Under the pieces are notes generated by a model. It saw only the letters and a program-made list of their open reading frames with translations, did not search any database and was not told where the DNA came from. The position numbers and the translations under genes were made by a program. Positions 29,844 to 44,744 of a DNA stretch of 64,000 nt are shown piece by piece. The stretch comes from Octopus vulgaris. Lineage: Eukaryota. The stretch is from assembly GCA_951406725.2 (NCBI GenBank), contig OX597823.1:91636001-91700000 (forward strand), given 5' to 3'. Position 1 is the first letter of the stretch; each line of letters starts with the position of its first letter.

Positions 29844-29872
29844 TATAACATTAATATTATTATTAATATGTC

Positions 29873-29921
<49 letters not shown>

Positions 29922-30200
29922 ATACTATTATTATTGTATATACAATATATATATATACATATACATATATATATATATAATGTCTAACTTAACTGGGGAG
30001 AGAAAATAAGCAAAAAATGAAATATATAAATGCACATCGAGAAAATATTTGGCTTAGTGGTAAGACGCTTGCTTCTTAACCACATGGTTCCAGGTTCAGT
30101 CCCACTGTGTGGGAACTTGGACAAGTGTCTTCTATTATAGCCTCGGGCTGACCAAATCTTGTGAGTGGATTTGGTAAACGGAAACTGAAGAAAGCCCGTC

Positions 30201-30252
<52 letters not shown>

Positions 30253-30567
30253 TACTTCCTGTTTCTCTTGTACCTGTATTTCAAAAGGGCCAGCCTTGTC
30301 ACGCCGAATCTACCCGAGAACTATGTTAAAGGTAAACGTGTCTGTGGCGTGTACAACCGATGTTGGTATGTTTACGTCCCCCTTATCTAGTAGTTCGGCA
30401 AAAAGGAACGATAGAATAAGTACTAGGCTTACAAAGAATAAATCGTGGGCTTGATGGTTATATCTGTTGAAAGTGTCTGGGATTTTGGGCTATTTAGGGA
30501 GAGATAAGCTATGTTAGGTCTGGCGTTGAAATCAAGATGAAGGTTAAACCAAACCACCAATTTCTGA

Positions 30568-30691
<124 letters not shown>

Positions 30692-30759
30692 ATATGTATA
30701 TATAAAGTAGCGGTACAACAAAGCACCAATATTTAAGGGAAATAGCAGTTGATACATGC

Positions 30760-31140
30760 ACGACGCTATAGTAAAGCTTCAATGTATTTATACTTGCAAA
30801 GACTTATGAGGGCAGCGAAGAGAAACAATTTTGTCTTACCACTAGGAAGAACATTATAAAAATGGACAACTAGAGTCGGAAAATCCAATACCTAGGTTTC
30901 GGACTCTTCAAATATATTTATAGGTAAGTAGAGTTAGCGGTTGGAATAACCGTGAAAGAGATAAGAGTGTCTGTTATTACTACCGGTATAAATTTCCTGT
31001 TAACCCTGGACATGGATATGCAAGCATACTACGCTCATAGGATACAGGCAATAGCAAAATAAACAAGAGTTTATCAGGAATCCAATTTAAATTAAGCAGA
31101 AAATAGAGAAAATTTTTTGATCGACAAATTGACTACCATA
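30760..31140 (-). mobile_element. Penelope-like GIY-YIG C-terminal remnant
   Basis: Minus-strand fragments ANSTYL / KYI*RVRNLGI / [10 protein letters not shown] resemble the PLE endonuclease tail. Confidence 0.4.
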
Positions 31141-31286
31141 ATTTATTTTTTAAATATAAAACTTTAAAACTGCTTCTTTAATATATATATATATATAGTA
31201 AAAATTTAAAAAAAAGCAAAAGACGAAGACGGATGTGTAAACAACAAACAAATGTATTAGTTTAACGCTCGGGAATTGAGAAAGTC

Positions 31287-31320
31287 TTTTACGTTTCGAG
31301 CCTACGTTCTTCAACAGAAA
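31287..31320 (-). ncRNA. Minimal hammerhead-like motif, CUGUUGA core, GUA site
   Basis: Minus: uuu-CUGUUGA-a-GAAC-guag-GCUC-GAAAC-GUA-aaa. Confidence 0.5.
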
Positions 31321-31389
31321 ATAACACAGAAATAAACAGACGAAAAAAAAGGGTTAATGCCTAGCTATCAATTATGGCGAATGCCAGAC

Positions 31390-31445
<56 letters not shown>

Positions 31446-31602
31446 GTGTGTGTGTATATACATATACATGTACATATATAAATATGTGTGTGTGTATACA
31501 TATGTATAAGTATACACACACATATATATGTAGATTCGCATTCATAGATATTTTAATTGTATATAGACACATTTTTATGTACGCTGTTTATAAATATATA
31601 TA

Positions 31603-31783
31603 CCGTATTTCAACGTGTATAAAGAACCCTCGAGTATCAGGAACCTCGTAACTCTTTGGGCTTAAAATTTGGGGTAAAATGGTTTTGTAATATGTTATAA
31701 TACTATCCATGTATAAAAACTTTCATATTTTTTTAAACCTAATTTTTGACGTAAAAGGGTTTCTTATACACTTTGAAACATGG
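31603..31783. mobile_element. Tc2/pogo-like MITE
   Basis: TA|CCGTATTTCAACGTGTATAA ... TTATACACTTTGAAACATGG|TA. Confidence 0.7.
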
Positions 31784-32191
31784 TAATTGTATGTGCTTGC
31801 ATATATTCTTGTGTAAGCATGTATATACACAGCAGAAACAACTGTAAGCCATTGAAGCTGATTATATAACATTCGCTTTTTACGATGTTATCTCTGTATC
31901 CTCTATTACCACTCTATACTCTTATAACATTGTGTTCTGTACCATACGTACATTGACTTCTACACGAAGCGAAAAATATACATATGTTTGTGTGTGTTTG
32001 TGTGTGTAATATATATATAAGCACATACATAAGTATAAATACATATTAATGTACATATATTTTATAAATTTTATATACATATGTATATCTTTTTGTGTTC
32101 GTGTGCGTGAGAGTGTTTGTGAATGTGTATGTATATGTATGTATATATAAATATATACATACATATATATCTATATCTATATATTTATATC

Positions 32192-32238
<47 letters not shown>

Positions 32239-32280
32239 CTATCTATATATATCTCTCTCTATATATATATATAAATACAA

Positions 32281-32315
<35 letters not shown>

Positions 32316-32614
32316 CACAAGCACATGCGAGTGTTTAGTCCTGTTCAGTTGTTTCTGTGTTATTTTATGATTTGTGTTATTTCGTTATTTCGAGATGACT
32401 ATCTGAAATTTGAATCTATTTTAGAAATCAAAATATGTTATAAATAATAATTATGTTTCAGTTTTTTCACCTCAGGTCATTTATTTTCTCTCTTCTTGTC
32501 TTTTTAGTATTTCATGATTCACAACATTGACATCATCGTTTATCAGTGCTTCAGGTGGTGTTGGTCTTTTCTGATGGCGACGACGATAATATATTTCTTA
32601 CAGAGACGATGTGC

Positions 32615-32672
<58 letters not shown>

Positions 32673-32685
32673 GTTGTTGTTGTTG

Positions 32686-32739
<54 letters not shown>

Positions 32740-33214
32740 GCATCCTCTTGTGGTTCATTATCATCAGCATCATTCTTGTTCTCCTCCTCATCATTATTGT
32801 TGTTTTTATAAATCTATTTCACGGAACTTTAGTCAGCAAGGACGTTGTCTTGAGATGACAACAAGTCTGTTACTATCATTATTGCAACCGATGAACGAGC
32901 AGTCATTCACACGTCAGATAAAATGCCTACCGGTATCTCTGTTGACACTTTAATTCTGAGCTCAAATCTCGCCGAGGTTGATTTCGCCTTTCCTCCTTTC
33001 AGTGTTGGGAAAATAACTACTAGTCCAATACTAGGGTCGGTATAAACATTGCTGTTTTTTTTTCCAAATTTGAAACCGTTATTATTAGCATCATAATCGT
33101 CAACATTGTCCTTATTAACATTACTATTAGCAAAGGCAATGTACTGGCAGATTCGTAACTACGTTGGAGAAAATGCGTAGCAACTTTTTTCTTGCTCATT
33201 GCGTCTTGTGCTCA

Positions 33215-33460
33215 AAGGCGGCGAGCTGGCAAAAAACGTTAGCACGCCGGGCAAAATGCCGAGCGGTATTTCGTCTGCCGTTACGTTGTGAGTTCAAATT
33301 CCGCCGAGGTCGACTTTGCCTTTCATCCTATCGAGGTCGATAAATTAAGTACCAGTTACGCACTGGGGGCGATGTAATCGACTTAATACCTATGTCTGTC
33401 CTTGTTTGTCCCCTCTATGTTTAGCCCCTTGTGGGTAATAAAGAAATAGGTATTTCGTCT
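33215..33460 (+). mobile_element. tRNA-derived SINE family B
   Basis: aaggcggcgagctggc...gagttcaaattccgccgaggtcgactttgcctttcatcc; other copies at about 110-235(-), 32900-33070, 45250-45590(-), 45680-45800(-), 49080-49280(-). Confidence 0.85.
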
Positions 33461-36400
33461 CCCATCTCTAGCCTTACGTGATACACACAGACGCAGGTTT
33501 CTGAATAGTTACCCGTCTTCAGTGTGAAATGAGTTTTCCTCACTAGCTGGTGATTATTACACATTGAAGGCAACTCGGAGTCTTTGTGTATCATGTAAGG
33601 GTAGATATCGGAGCGATGACCTCGCTCGCGAATACTAATCGGACACAGAATGTGTGTCGTTAGCCAACTGGAGATGTCTTCCTGGGGGTAAAAAGAATAG
33701 TATCATCGTTCTCTGTGGGACCGCCATATTTATTTGGGAATTATATTTTACACTATATATATATATATATACATATATTTCTTTTTAAGCACCACTATCT
33801 GTCTATATACACGTACAAAAATATCCCTAGTTAACACAACAGTGAACTGCATGTTATTTTATACATTGGAATGCATAACTTTTGCTAACCTATACCTCAT
33901 CATGTGACCAGTGTTGGGAATCTTATATTTAAATGTGACAAAAATTACTCTATGAATTCTTAAATGTATTATTTGTTTGATGCCTCTTTTGTGCTTCTTG
34001 CTGTAAATAGATTACTTTCAAGGACTGAAAGAAATTTATAAACTGGTATGGAATGTATGAATTTAAATGATATGAGATTAGTGCGGGTATTTGGGGTATC
34101 CTAGTATCCAACTGGGGTATCCTAGTATCCCTTCTACAGCACGCCAACTACCTCTATCTCTCTATTATTCTTTTTAATCACTCATGAACTTACACAGAGT
34201 TGCGTCCATCAATACCATCACCTTCCCAGTTGAGGCAGTTTTATCTTGCAAGTAGCTTGGTGACCTCAAAGGTGTTGGTACCATGGAGAAGCACCCAGTA
34301 CACTCAGTGAAGGGGTTAGTAATATGAAAGGCATCCAGTTGTGCAAACTATATCAAAGGATACAGCAGTGTTTTGCACAATCCTCTGTCTTGCCAGCTCT
34401 TGTCAAATCATCTAACCCATTCCAGCAAAAAAATGGACGTTAAATGACGATGGTAATGATAACGACATTCAGTGGACTGCGTATTGTATTTGTAATGACC
34501 ACACGATTTGTATAAGTTTCCATCTCTCACTGTTATTTCACACTCTCACAAACTTATCCCGCCATCCACAGTATTCGATCCTCAGTTTCTATCCGCTCAA
34601 AATTTTCACCACTTGTACCTTCGAAGTACATCTCTTTGTCTCTTTTCAGCTGGGGGAATCCACGTATCTCCGCTTCAGCAAGACACTTGTTTCTGTTTCT
34701 CTGTCAATAGTATCTCCTTCAGTACTACACTCCTTCTCCGTTAAGATATCTTATTTTATGATGTACATGATGACTGCACTAGTGCTGGTGCCATGGAAAA
34801 TGCACCTAGCACATACTGTACAGTGGTTGGTGTTAGGAAGGGTATCCAGCTGTAGAAGCCATGCCAAAGCAGACATTAAAGCTTGGTCAGTCCTCTGGCC
34901 TTTCAGTTCTGTCAAACCATTCGACCCATGACAGCATGAAAAACAGCTGTTAAATGATGTCTCCATGTTTTATTAACCCAAAACATATTTGATTTGCAAC
35001 GGAATAAGTACAAGTTTTCACTAATTAATATGTTGAATGGTGATGCTAAGGCAGTTCAGAATTATTGAGAACATTTGATTAATTAGAATGCTTTATTAAA
35101 ATCCTGACTAACGTAACTTTGAGTAGCCCCAGTGATTGTTCTCGTCAGAACAAATAGAAAAATGAGAACGTCCATTATGGTATTGAATGACATAGTTTCA
35201 TGTTGCATCAGAAGTTGTTATGTAGGGAAATATAGAAAAAAACTGAAGGACTATCTCTAAGACCAGAGTGACAAAGCTTCGTGTAGACATCTGAACAGCT
35301 CTACTTAAGACTGTGTAGCAGATTTGAAACCGAATTGACAAATTTCCATGTTAAAGTTACGGCTTAGTCATAACCATTTCACATAATAAACAAATTAAGT
35401 GACCAGTCAGCACCAAGCCAGCAAATGATGTCACATTCTGCAAGCTAGTGTCTCTGAGCGAAGTTTATAAATAGATGAGTTTTGGTGTTAAATTTCGGAA
35501 TGTTGGAAATCGTTGCCATGGAAAGAACATTCTCGTTTTCAGTATTTAACAGTTATATTAACATCTTCTTAGCCAAGCGAGCAGACAGCAGCTAGAGTTT
35601 TGCAATCGTGGATTTAGCATGATATTTCTCCAGCCTTCACAGCGTATTCATAGAACCTATTCAACCAACGATTTTGTCATAATTACAGAGTTGCCTTTTC
35701 CAGTGGTTATACTTCGTTGTTTGTACTATTGATTCAAGACAAACATGGAAAATGTTTTGTGCAGTGAATATAGTTTGCGTTATTGGTTCACGAGTGTTGT
35801 TCACCATTTATACGCAGCCAGAATCCAACTCGACCACGATCGCCCTACATATCATCCTTTTGATGACCTACGAGACAATTGGTAACCCTTCGTGACAATT
35901 GGAGACACCGACATGATTTGAACGCACAACGTTTTGGTTAGTTGATTTAGTTTTTAATTATCGCAATTAATTAATTAATTATTTATCACAATTCAGTTTT
36001 TTAATACAATACAACCCATGCCAGTATGGAAGGAGGACATTAAATGATGATGATGGTGATGATGACAAACATGGGTTTACATAATAATGATGTTTTACTA
36101 ACCAGGAGGTTTTACATTACAGTGTTTTTGTAGTATATCATTAATTTTAGTTGTATTTACAGCATGAAATGGTAAACCCTAGCTGCAATCCTGGGACTCG
36201 TGTGGATGATTACTCGGTTTCCATGGAGTATAAGTGACCAAGGTCAAAACACTGGCATTCAGAGGATTTTAGTCTTTGGCAGTGTTGCTCATTTACAGCT
36301 GAAAGGATTGCATGAGCAGTGTGAAGTGGAGTGTTTTGTTCAAGAACACAATGCACTGCCTGATTTTGGAACTGAAACCGTGATCTTGCGACATGAAAGC

Positions 36401-37790
36401 AACACATTAACCGCTGGGCCACATACATTCACAATGTGAAATAAGTGTACAAACATTTGCAACAAATTTTTATCAAGCACTCTGTTCAACTCCAACAAAC
36501 ATCTCAACACTTTCGTTTATGAGTAATGATAAAATGCATAGTTCTAATTATCATATCAACTACAATATTAGCACCATATAATACAACTGTAATTTCGCAG
36601 ATTGTATGCCGAGTCTAGAGGAAATTACAGTGAAAAATATGTTACTAATGACCCAGTGAACGTCTCTAAACAATGATCAGTTTAATATCAGAGAGTAAAA
36701 AAACTGTACCGCAATATTACAGCTGAATTTAAAGTGAGATAAAATTAACATAAATAGGTAATTAGTAATCCACGCTCTGGAATTGGCATGAGATTAGTGT
36801 CTCCACTATGGCTTTCCAAATAAGAAAAACCTAATGTACATCATAACATTTGACATGATTTATACAAATTAATTACTTACTCACAATCAAATGTTTGTGT
36901 AGCTTTTGTATATTAGAAAGATATTTATCTTAAAATTCAATAGCACGTAGTAAACACACAGAATTAAATTAAATTTTCCCAATTAGATATTGTAATTGTA
37001 TTCGAGCAATGTTACATTGAAATATATAAAAAATATCGATGATAAACAAATATTTTTTATCTCTTAAGGAAATTCAATATTATTTTCTCAATGTTTACTT
37101 AGTTACAATGTTACAGTACCCTACATTAACAAATTTTCTGGTCTTGTCACTCTAACAACATATAAAAAAATACACATGAGGTAGGTTTAATGCTCTCTCC
37201 AGATTAGGGTCTTCCCAGGAAACCGTTCCTAAATGCATCGTATTTCTAAAGTTGCATGCTTTACCGACACTTACCCGTCTTCCAACTAGGAAATAGTTTC
37301 CTTTCATAGTCAGTCATGGTTCCCATGAAAGACTGGAAATGCATGCAGCAACATTTGTATGTTGGTGATGATGCTTTTTTACAAACATTATATGATGTCA
37401 CAAGGGAAGACACAAACATACACATACTCACACACATCTACATGTATATTTGAATATATATATATATATATATATATATGTAAATATATATGTATGTATA
37501 AAAAAATCAAAACTGTTTGGTTCAGATTCCTTGATACATACACACATTCACACACACACATGCGCGCGCACACACGCACATACACACACATATATACACA
37601 CATGCAACACAGATACAAACATATGTGCAAGTATGTAAATACATATACGTACACATATACATATATGCACGAAAACACATGTATATTTTCTTTTTATTGG
37701 TTTCATCAAGAGGCTGTGGCCATGATGGGGCACTGCCTAGGACTAATTTGACCATCGCTGATTCATATATATTTATATATTCATATACAG

Positions 37791-37850
<60 letters not shown>

Positions 37851-37901
37851 GTACATACATACATACATACATACATACATACATACATACACACACACAC
37901 A

Positions 37902-38240
<339 letters not shown>

Positions 38241-38294
38241 ATGCTTCAACACACGAACTCACATAAAATATCTTACAAACAAAACCCAAAAGTG

Positions 38295-38344
<50 letters not shown>

Positions 38345-38359
38345 CAATATATAATATAT

Positions 38360-38412
<53 letters not shown>

Positions 38413-38419
38413 TACATAA

Positions 38420-38505
<86 letters not shown>

Positions 38506-39325
38506 ACGTACCCAACCCACTTATATATGTATATGCTGCTTATTAGACATTGCACCAATGTTTCATATCGGATACAAATATTTATGAGTTAGATTATATT
38601 TCTTGGTTGCATTAAGTGATTAAGAGTGAGTATATGAAGGAGAAATCTATGTTGGTGGCCACATAAAATATCTCCAGTCTCAAACGTAATTCTTTGCTTC
38701 AAATGACAGTTCCAACTGTGATGGAAACCACATACCGTGTTATTCTTCACAACAGACACTCTTATTAAATCAGTGTTGCTGTTCTATCGTACACCCAACT
38801 TTTTGGAGACCGAAATAAAAGAGAGTCTGTGGGGGCGGGGAGCTAGTGAATAAAACGAAAAATCTAGAGAACTTGCAAACTAAGTCTGAAATATTTCATA
38901 GAAATGCAAAACGCAAAATGGAATAAATTATTTTACTGTAAGAAGGAACAGTTTATCATGATTGGTAGATGACAAGCCTTTGGGAAAATGCTGGACCACG
39001 TCTTAGAGTGGTGGAGGAATAAATACCACTTCCTTGTCTTACTGATATATTATGGATAGACGAGAGACATGCGTAATAGTTAAAAATGTGGGAACGAGTG
39101 GCAGAAATACTGCTGATACCCAGGAGGAAGATAAGTTCGTATTCCATTGAATAAATAGTTGCGGGAATATCCCTACAGGTCTCATAGGAAATTGGGGTTC
39201 AGTACTCCACCAGAGAGGTTTGCATTAATATTTAGGCGCAGGTGTGGGTGTGCGGTTAAGACTTGTGTATTTACTATAGCATTGGGCTGACCAAAACCTT
39301 GAGAGTAGAAACTGAATTGAGCCCG

Positions 39326-39373
<48 letters not shown>

Positions 39374-39814
39374 ACACATATATGCTAGTCTAGAAAATGT
39401 ATTACCGTCATAGAAGTCAGTTGTTCTGCTGATGTTAATATCTCTTTGAAAATCAAAAAGAAACAAAATAACAATGAACAACTGATTCGAAACCTCCAGA
39501 TTCTATATTCAGATTATAAATTTACATTTAAACCAATAATAATTTGTGCACTTCGCTCTGTGTGCTAATGGCTAAGTGATAATCTGGATAGGCTAAGGTT
39601 TTCAGTAGAAATCAACAAACTAACTTGCATTTTACAAATACAATCTGTAAGTGGAGCAGTAAAAATATGCAAGAGTTTCTTCAAATTTAAAATGTGACAT
39701 TGTTTTTGTTATCTACATTCGATTGATGGAGCTTTGTATTTTTGTTAGAAACCAGCTCCTTCCCCAGAGGGAGAATAATTTATATAATTAAATCAGAAGA
39801 GAGCGTGTGTATAC

Positions 39815-40190
39815 TCTCTCTTTACTCTTTTACTTGTTTCAGTCATTTGACTGTGGCCATGCTGGAGCACCGCCTTTAGTCGAGCAAATCGACCCCCAGG
39901 ACTTATTCTTTGCAAGCCTAGTACTTACTCTTTTGCCGAACCGCTAAGTTACGGGGACGGTTGTTAAGCGATGTTGGGAGAACAAACACAGACACACAAA
40001 CATATACACACACATATGTATATATACATATATACGACGGGATTCTTTCAGTTTCCGTCTACCAAATGCACTCACGAGGGTTTGGTTGGCCCGAGGCTAT
40101 ATTAGAAGACACTTACCCAAGATACCACGCAGTGGGACTGAACACGGAACCATGGGGTTGGTAAGCAAGGTACTTACCAAACAGCCACTC
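39815..40190 (-). mobile_element. SINE family A
   Basis: Family motifs. Confidence 0.88.
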
Positions 40191-40627
40191 GTATATATAT
40201 ATATATATATAACGGGAAGCTTTATGAAAATAGACAAAAGACGAAGGCAGGTGGAAAACAAACAAACAATTGTATTAGTATGGCGCTCAGGAAATATAAA
40301 TAAAACAAGTCTTTAACGTTTCGAGCCTACATATATATATATATATATATATAATTAATTAATAAGGGTGAGAGAATTAGATACTAATTTAATAGTATAT
40401 TTATTCCACACCAAGTGGCCTAGTGCTACGAGAAACCTGGATTATTATAATATTTTATAACATATTATAATATTTTCACAAAATAAATATAAGAGAGTGG
40501 TCACTATATTGATCACTCTAGCACCAGTTAATCCAAAAGGTTTCAACCACGAAAATACATGTTTCCCATGAAAGCCAGTACGACTGTTAGCTCACACGGA
40601 CAGGGCAAATAAAAAATAACAAAAATA

Positions 40628-40721
40628 CAGATTATTTTGGGACAATTGTTTCGCTATTAATGAATTAAATGTAATATTACTTACAATAATCCATTTGTAG
40701 CTCGTCAGCCAAGACTATCTG
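40628..40721 (-). ncRNA. Type I hammerhead ribozyme (copy 1 of array)
   Basis: Exact reverse complement of 41546-41639. Confidence 0.85.
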
Positions 40722-41545
40722 GATGAAATCCACTCAATCACACGCCAGATTTTACCATAACGATAAATACGCGTGTGGTTCAATTGATTACATCCGACGT
40801 TATAATTCAAATGCCCCAACCAACAGCGCGCCAAACTCTCACGGAAAACAAATACAGCATTTAGAAATAAATGCAGCATAATTATAATTAATTAATAAGG
40901 GTGAGAGAATTAGATACTAATTTAATAGTATATTTATTCCACACCAAGTGGCCTAGTGCTACGAGAAACCTGGATTATTATAATATTTTATAACATATTA
41001 TAATATTTTCACAAAATAAATATAATGGATTATTGTAAGTAATATTATTGTAAGTAATATTACATTTAATTCATTAATAGCGAAACAATTGTCCCAAAAT
41101 AATCTGTATTTTTGTTATTTTTTATTTGCCCTGTCCGTGTGAGCTAACAGTCGTACTGGCTTTCATGGGAAACATGTATTTTCGTGGTTGAAACCTTTTG
41201 GATTAACTGGTGCTAGAGTGATCAATATAGTGACCACTCTCTTATATTTATTTTGTGAAAATATTATAATATGTTATAAAATATTATAATAATCCAGGTT
41301 TCTCGTAGCACTAGGCCACTTGGTGTGGAATAAATATACTATTAAATTAGTATCTAATTCTCTCACCCTTATTAATTAATTATAATTATGCTGCATTTAT
41401 TTCTAAATGCTGTATTTGTTTTCCGTGAGAGTTTGGCGCGCTGTTGGTTGGGGCATTTGAATTATAACGTCGGATGTAATCAATTGAACCACACGCGTAT
41501 TTATCGTTATGGTAAAATCTGGCGTGTGATTGAGTGGATTTCATC

Positions 41546-41639
41546 CAGATAGTCTTGGCTGACGAGCTACAAATGGATTATTGTAAGTAATATTACATTT
41601 AATTCATTAATAGCGAAACAATTGTCCCAAAATAATCTG
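41546..41639 (+). ncRNA. Type I hammerhead ribozyme (copy 2); predicted cleavage after C41626
   Basis: cagatagtcTTGG-CTGACGA-GCTA[extended hairpin]TAGC-GAAA-caattg-TC-CCAAaataatctg. Confidence 0.85.
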
Positions 41640-42078
41640 TATTTTTGTTATTTTTTATTTGCCCTGTCCGTGTGAGCTAACAGTCGTACTGGCTTTCATG
41701 GGAAACATGTATTTTCGTGGTTGAAACCTTTTGGATTAACTGGTGCTAGAGTGATCAATATAGTGACCACTCTCTTATATTTATTTTGTGAAAATATTAT
41801 AATATGTTATAAAATATTATAATAATCCAGGTTTCTCGTAGCACTAGGCCACTTGGTGTGGAATAAATATACTATTAAATTAGTATCTAATTCTCTCACC
41901 CTTATTAATTAATTATAATTATGCTGCATTTATTTCTAAATGCTGTATTTGTTTTCCGTGAGAGTTTGGCGCGCTGTTGGTTGGGGCATTTGAATTATAA
42001 CGTCGGATGTAGTCAATTGAACCACACGCGTATTTATCGTTATGGTAAAATCTGGCGTGTGATTGAGTGGATTTCATC

Positions 42079-42172
42079 CAGATAGTCTTGGCTGACGAGC
42101 TACAAATGGATTATTGTAAGTAATATTACATTTAATTCATTAATAGCGAAACAATTGTCCCAAAATAATCTG
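42079..42172 (+). ncRNA. Type I hammerhead ribozyme (copy 3); predicted cleavage after C42159
   Basis: Identical to 41546-41639, offset by 533. Confidence 0.85.
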
Positions 42173-42319
42173 TATTTTTGTTATTTTTTATTTGCCCTGT
42201 CCGTGTGAGCTAACAGTCGTACTGGCTTTCATGGGAAACATGTATTTTCGTGGTTGAAACCTTTTGGATTAACTGGTGCTAGAGTGATCAATATAGTGAC
42301 CACTCTCTTATATTTATTT

Positions 42320-42355
<36 letters not shown>

Positions 42356-43211
42356 GTGTGTGTTGCTGTGGATACAACATACAAAAAGGAACAAACAAAT
42401 AAAGGAATATCTATCGCAGAAGGTCAAGAAAAGTGTCGACTGTGGAGAGTTCTTAATGATTGCAATGGAAACAAGTAGACTCTGAAGTAAGACAGAAAAT
42501 TTCATAGGGTTGATATGACGTAGTCCATGGGTAGATCAATCGTATCACTGGTAAAATCCTTGCAAATAATGGAAAAGGCCTTTACAGCTGTTTCTAGAAT
42601 CGTTGCGTAATTGGTGCAGTTGTCTGTATATTGCCTGCGTCAAAACCGTCTTGCAAGTACATATGTGTGGATGTGTGAGTGCGTGTGTGTACGCGCGTGT
42701 GACCTTGTCTTGGCGGCAAAGTGTCCTTCATTTCCAGTCTTCTGTGCAAACATTTTCAGTCATGGGGATATATTACCTTACACGGAAAGAGATGTGGATT
42801 AACGAAATGAACGCATTCAACCGTAGAAAATCCGCCTCAACAAATTCTACGCAAGCATGGAAACATGAAACGTAAAACGATGCCAACGATGACGGTAATG
42901 ATAAATTGTATTTGGATAAGAGCTGTTTCAAAGGATATGGCTAGACCCAATGGTTCTTCATCTGGTTGTGACTGTAATTCTTGACTAAAAATGATAGGGC
43001 CGAAATAATGTTTCATATATATATATATATATAAGCAGGTGTATATAGATAGACATTTATACACATATGTATATGTATAAAAATATATGTATATAATTAT
43101 GTATACATATATATGTACATATATATGCAGTGGTATATATTTGTATATATACATATGAATATATGTTTAAGTATATCTATGTATATATACACACACACAC
43201 ACACACACACG

Positions 43212-43264
<53 letters not shown>

Positions 43265-43710
43265 GATGTAATATATAATGTCTTTTATAGTTTTGACTTA
43301 TGAGGTGCCTTTGATAGAGAGTATTTCAGTGGTTACTGAGCAGGAATTTATCAAAAGAATGAAAATTTACCATTTTATACGGAATGCTGGAACTGAAGAG
43401 TAAATTCTGTGTAATTATACTAGACCTTAAACCACCAGAAAATTTCCTTGACAAAGGCGCCACTTGAATATATATACTGTATCTTATTATATTTGAGAAT
43501 GTCCATATAGACTCTTTGATCAGTTAATACAGCAGCACGGGTATATATATATATATATACATACTTGTATTGAGCTATACACATATTCATAGATTCACGT
43601 GCACACACACCGTGCACACATACTCATATAGTCATGTGTGTATGCGTAAATATATATTATAGTTGTACGTATTTATATATGTATGTATGCGTGAACACAC
43701 ATATACATGC

Positions 43711-43767
<57 letters not shown>

Positions 43768-44013
43768 AAGAGAAAGAGAAAGGAGACAGGGGAGAGAGGG
43801 TATTAGTATATATACATATATATATATAATACATATATATTATATGTATAATATATTATATATATATATATATACATGCACATATATATCATACATATAT
43901 ATATACATATATATATTATACATGTATATTATATATTTTATGAATATAGTCTGTATATATATATATATATATGATACGTTTACATGGTAATATATATATG
44001 TGTGTATAAAACG

Positions 44014-44044
<31 letters not shown>

Positions 44045-44099
44045 GTATAGTTGTATATATATAAAATTCGTATATATGCATATATATGTCTGTGTATAA

Positions 44100-44141
<42 letters not shown>

Positions 44142-44707
44142 CATATGTATATGATCTATATATATGATAAATATATATATATATGTATGTATGTATGTAT
44201 ATAATATTTTTTTAAAGATATCACATTCACATTCATATTACGCATTGATCTATTTTATATTCTTTCTCCGTTTTTATTAGTTTGTATTATTTTAGAGGTT
44301 AAAGTCCTTTTTCTTCTTCTTCTTCATCTTCTTGATGTTGCTGCTTTTCTTTGAACATTCAAAAAAATGTATTAAACGACAGAAAGAAATAAAAGACAGA
44401 ACTTTATTTATTTATTTATTATTCATTTATTTTATTATTTATATATTTTATTGTGTAATTTATTTATTTATTATCTTATTTTTGAGTTTGTCTAATGAAG
44501 TGTAAACAGCTTTGAATCTAAAATATTTGTGTATAAACTAACTTATATTGGCAAATATTTCGGAAAGAGAGGGAAAAAGAAGAAAAAAAAGCTATTCTCA
44601 TTCGTTCTGTTTCTTTATATCCTTCTCTTTCTCGTTTTTTTCCCCCCTTTTTTTTCATTTGATTTTGTTCCAGTCTTGTTTTTTTTTGTTTTTGCAATGT
44701 TGATGGT

Positions 44708-44744
<37 letters not shown>

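Larger units (their letters stand above)
40350..42320. mobile_element. 533-bp hammerhead-containing tandem repeat with an internal inversion (retrozyme or PLE pLTR-like array)
   Basis: Period 533 (40351 vs 40884; 41573 vs 42106); 40350-41025 is opposite in orientation to 41025-42320; (TA)n on both sides; copies nearly identical. Confidence 0.9.

Noticed and set aside
38700-39230. Possible coding or LTR-retrotransposon fragment
   Set aside because: No recognisable motif in the frames I inspected
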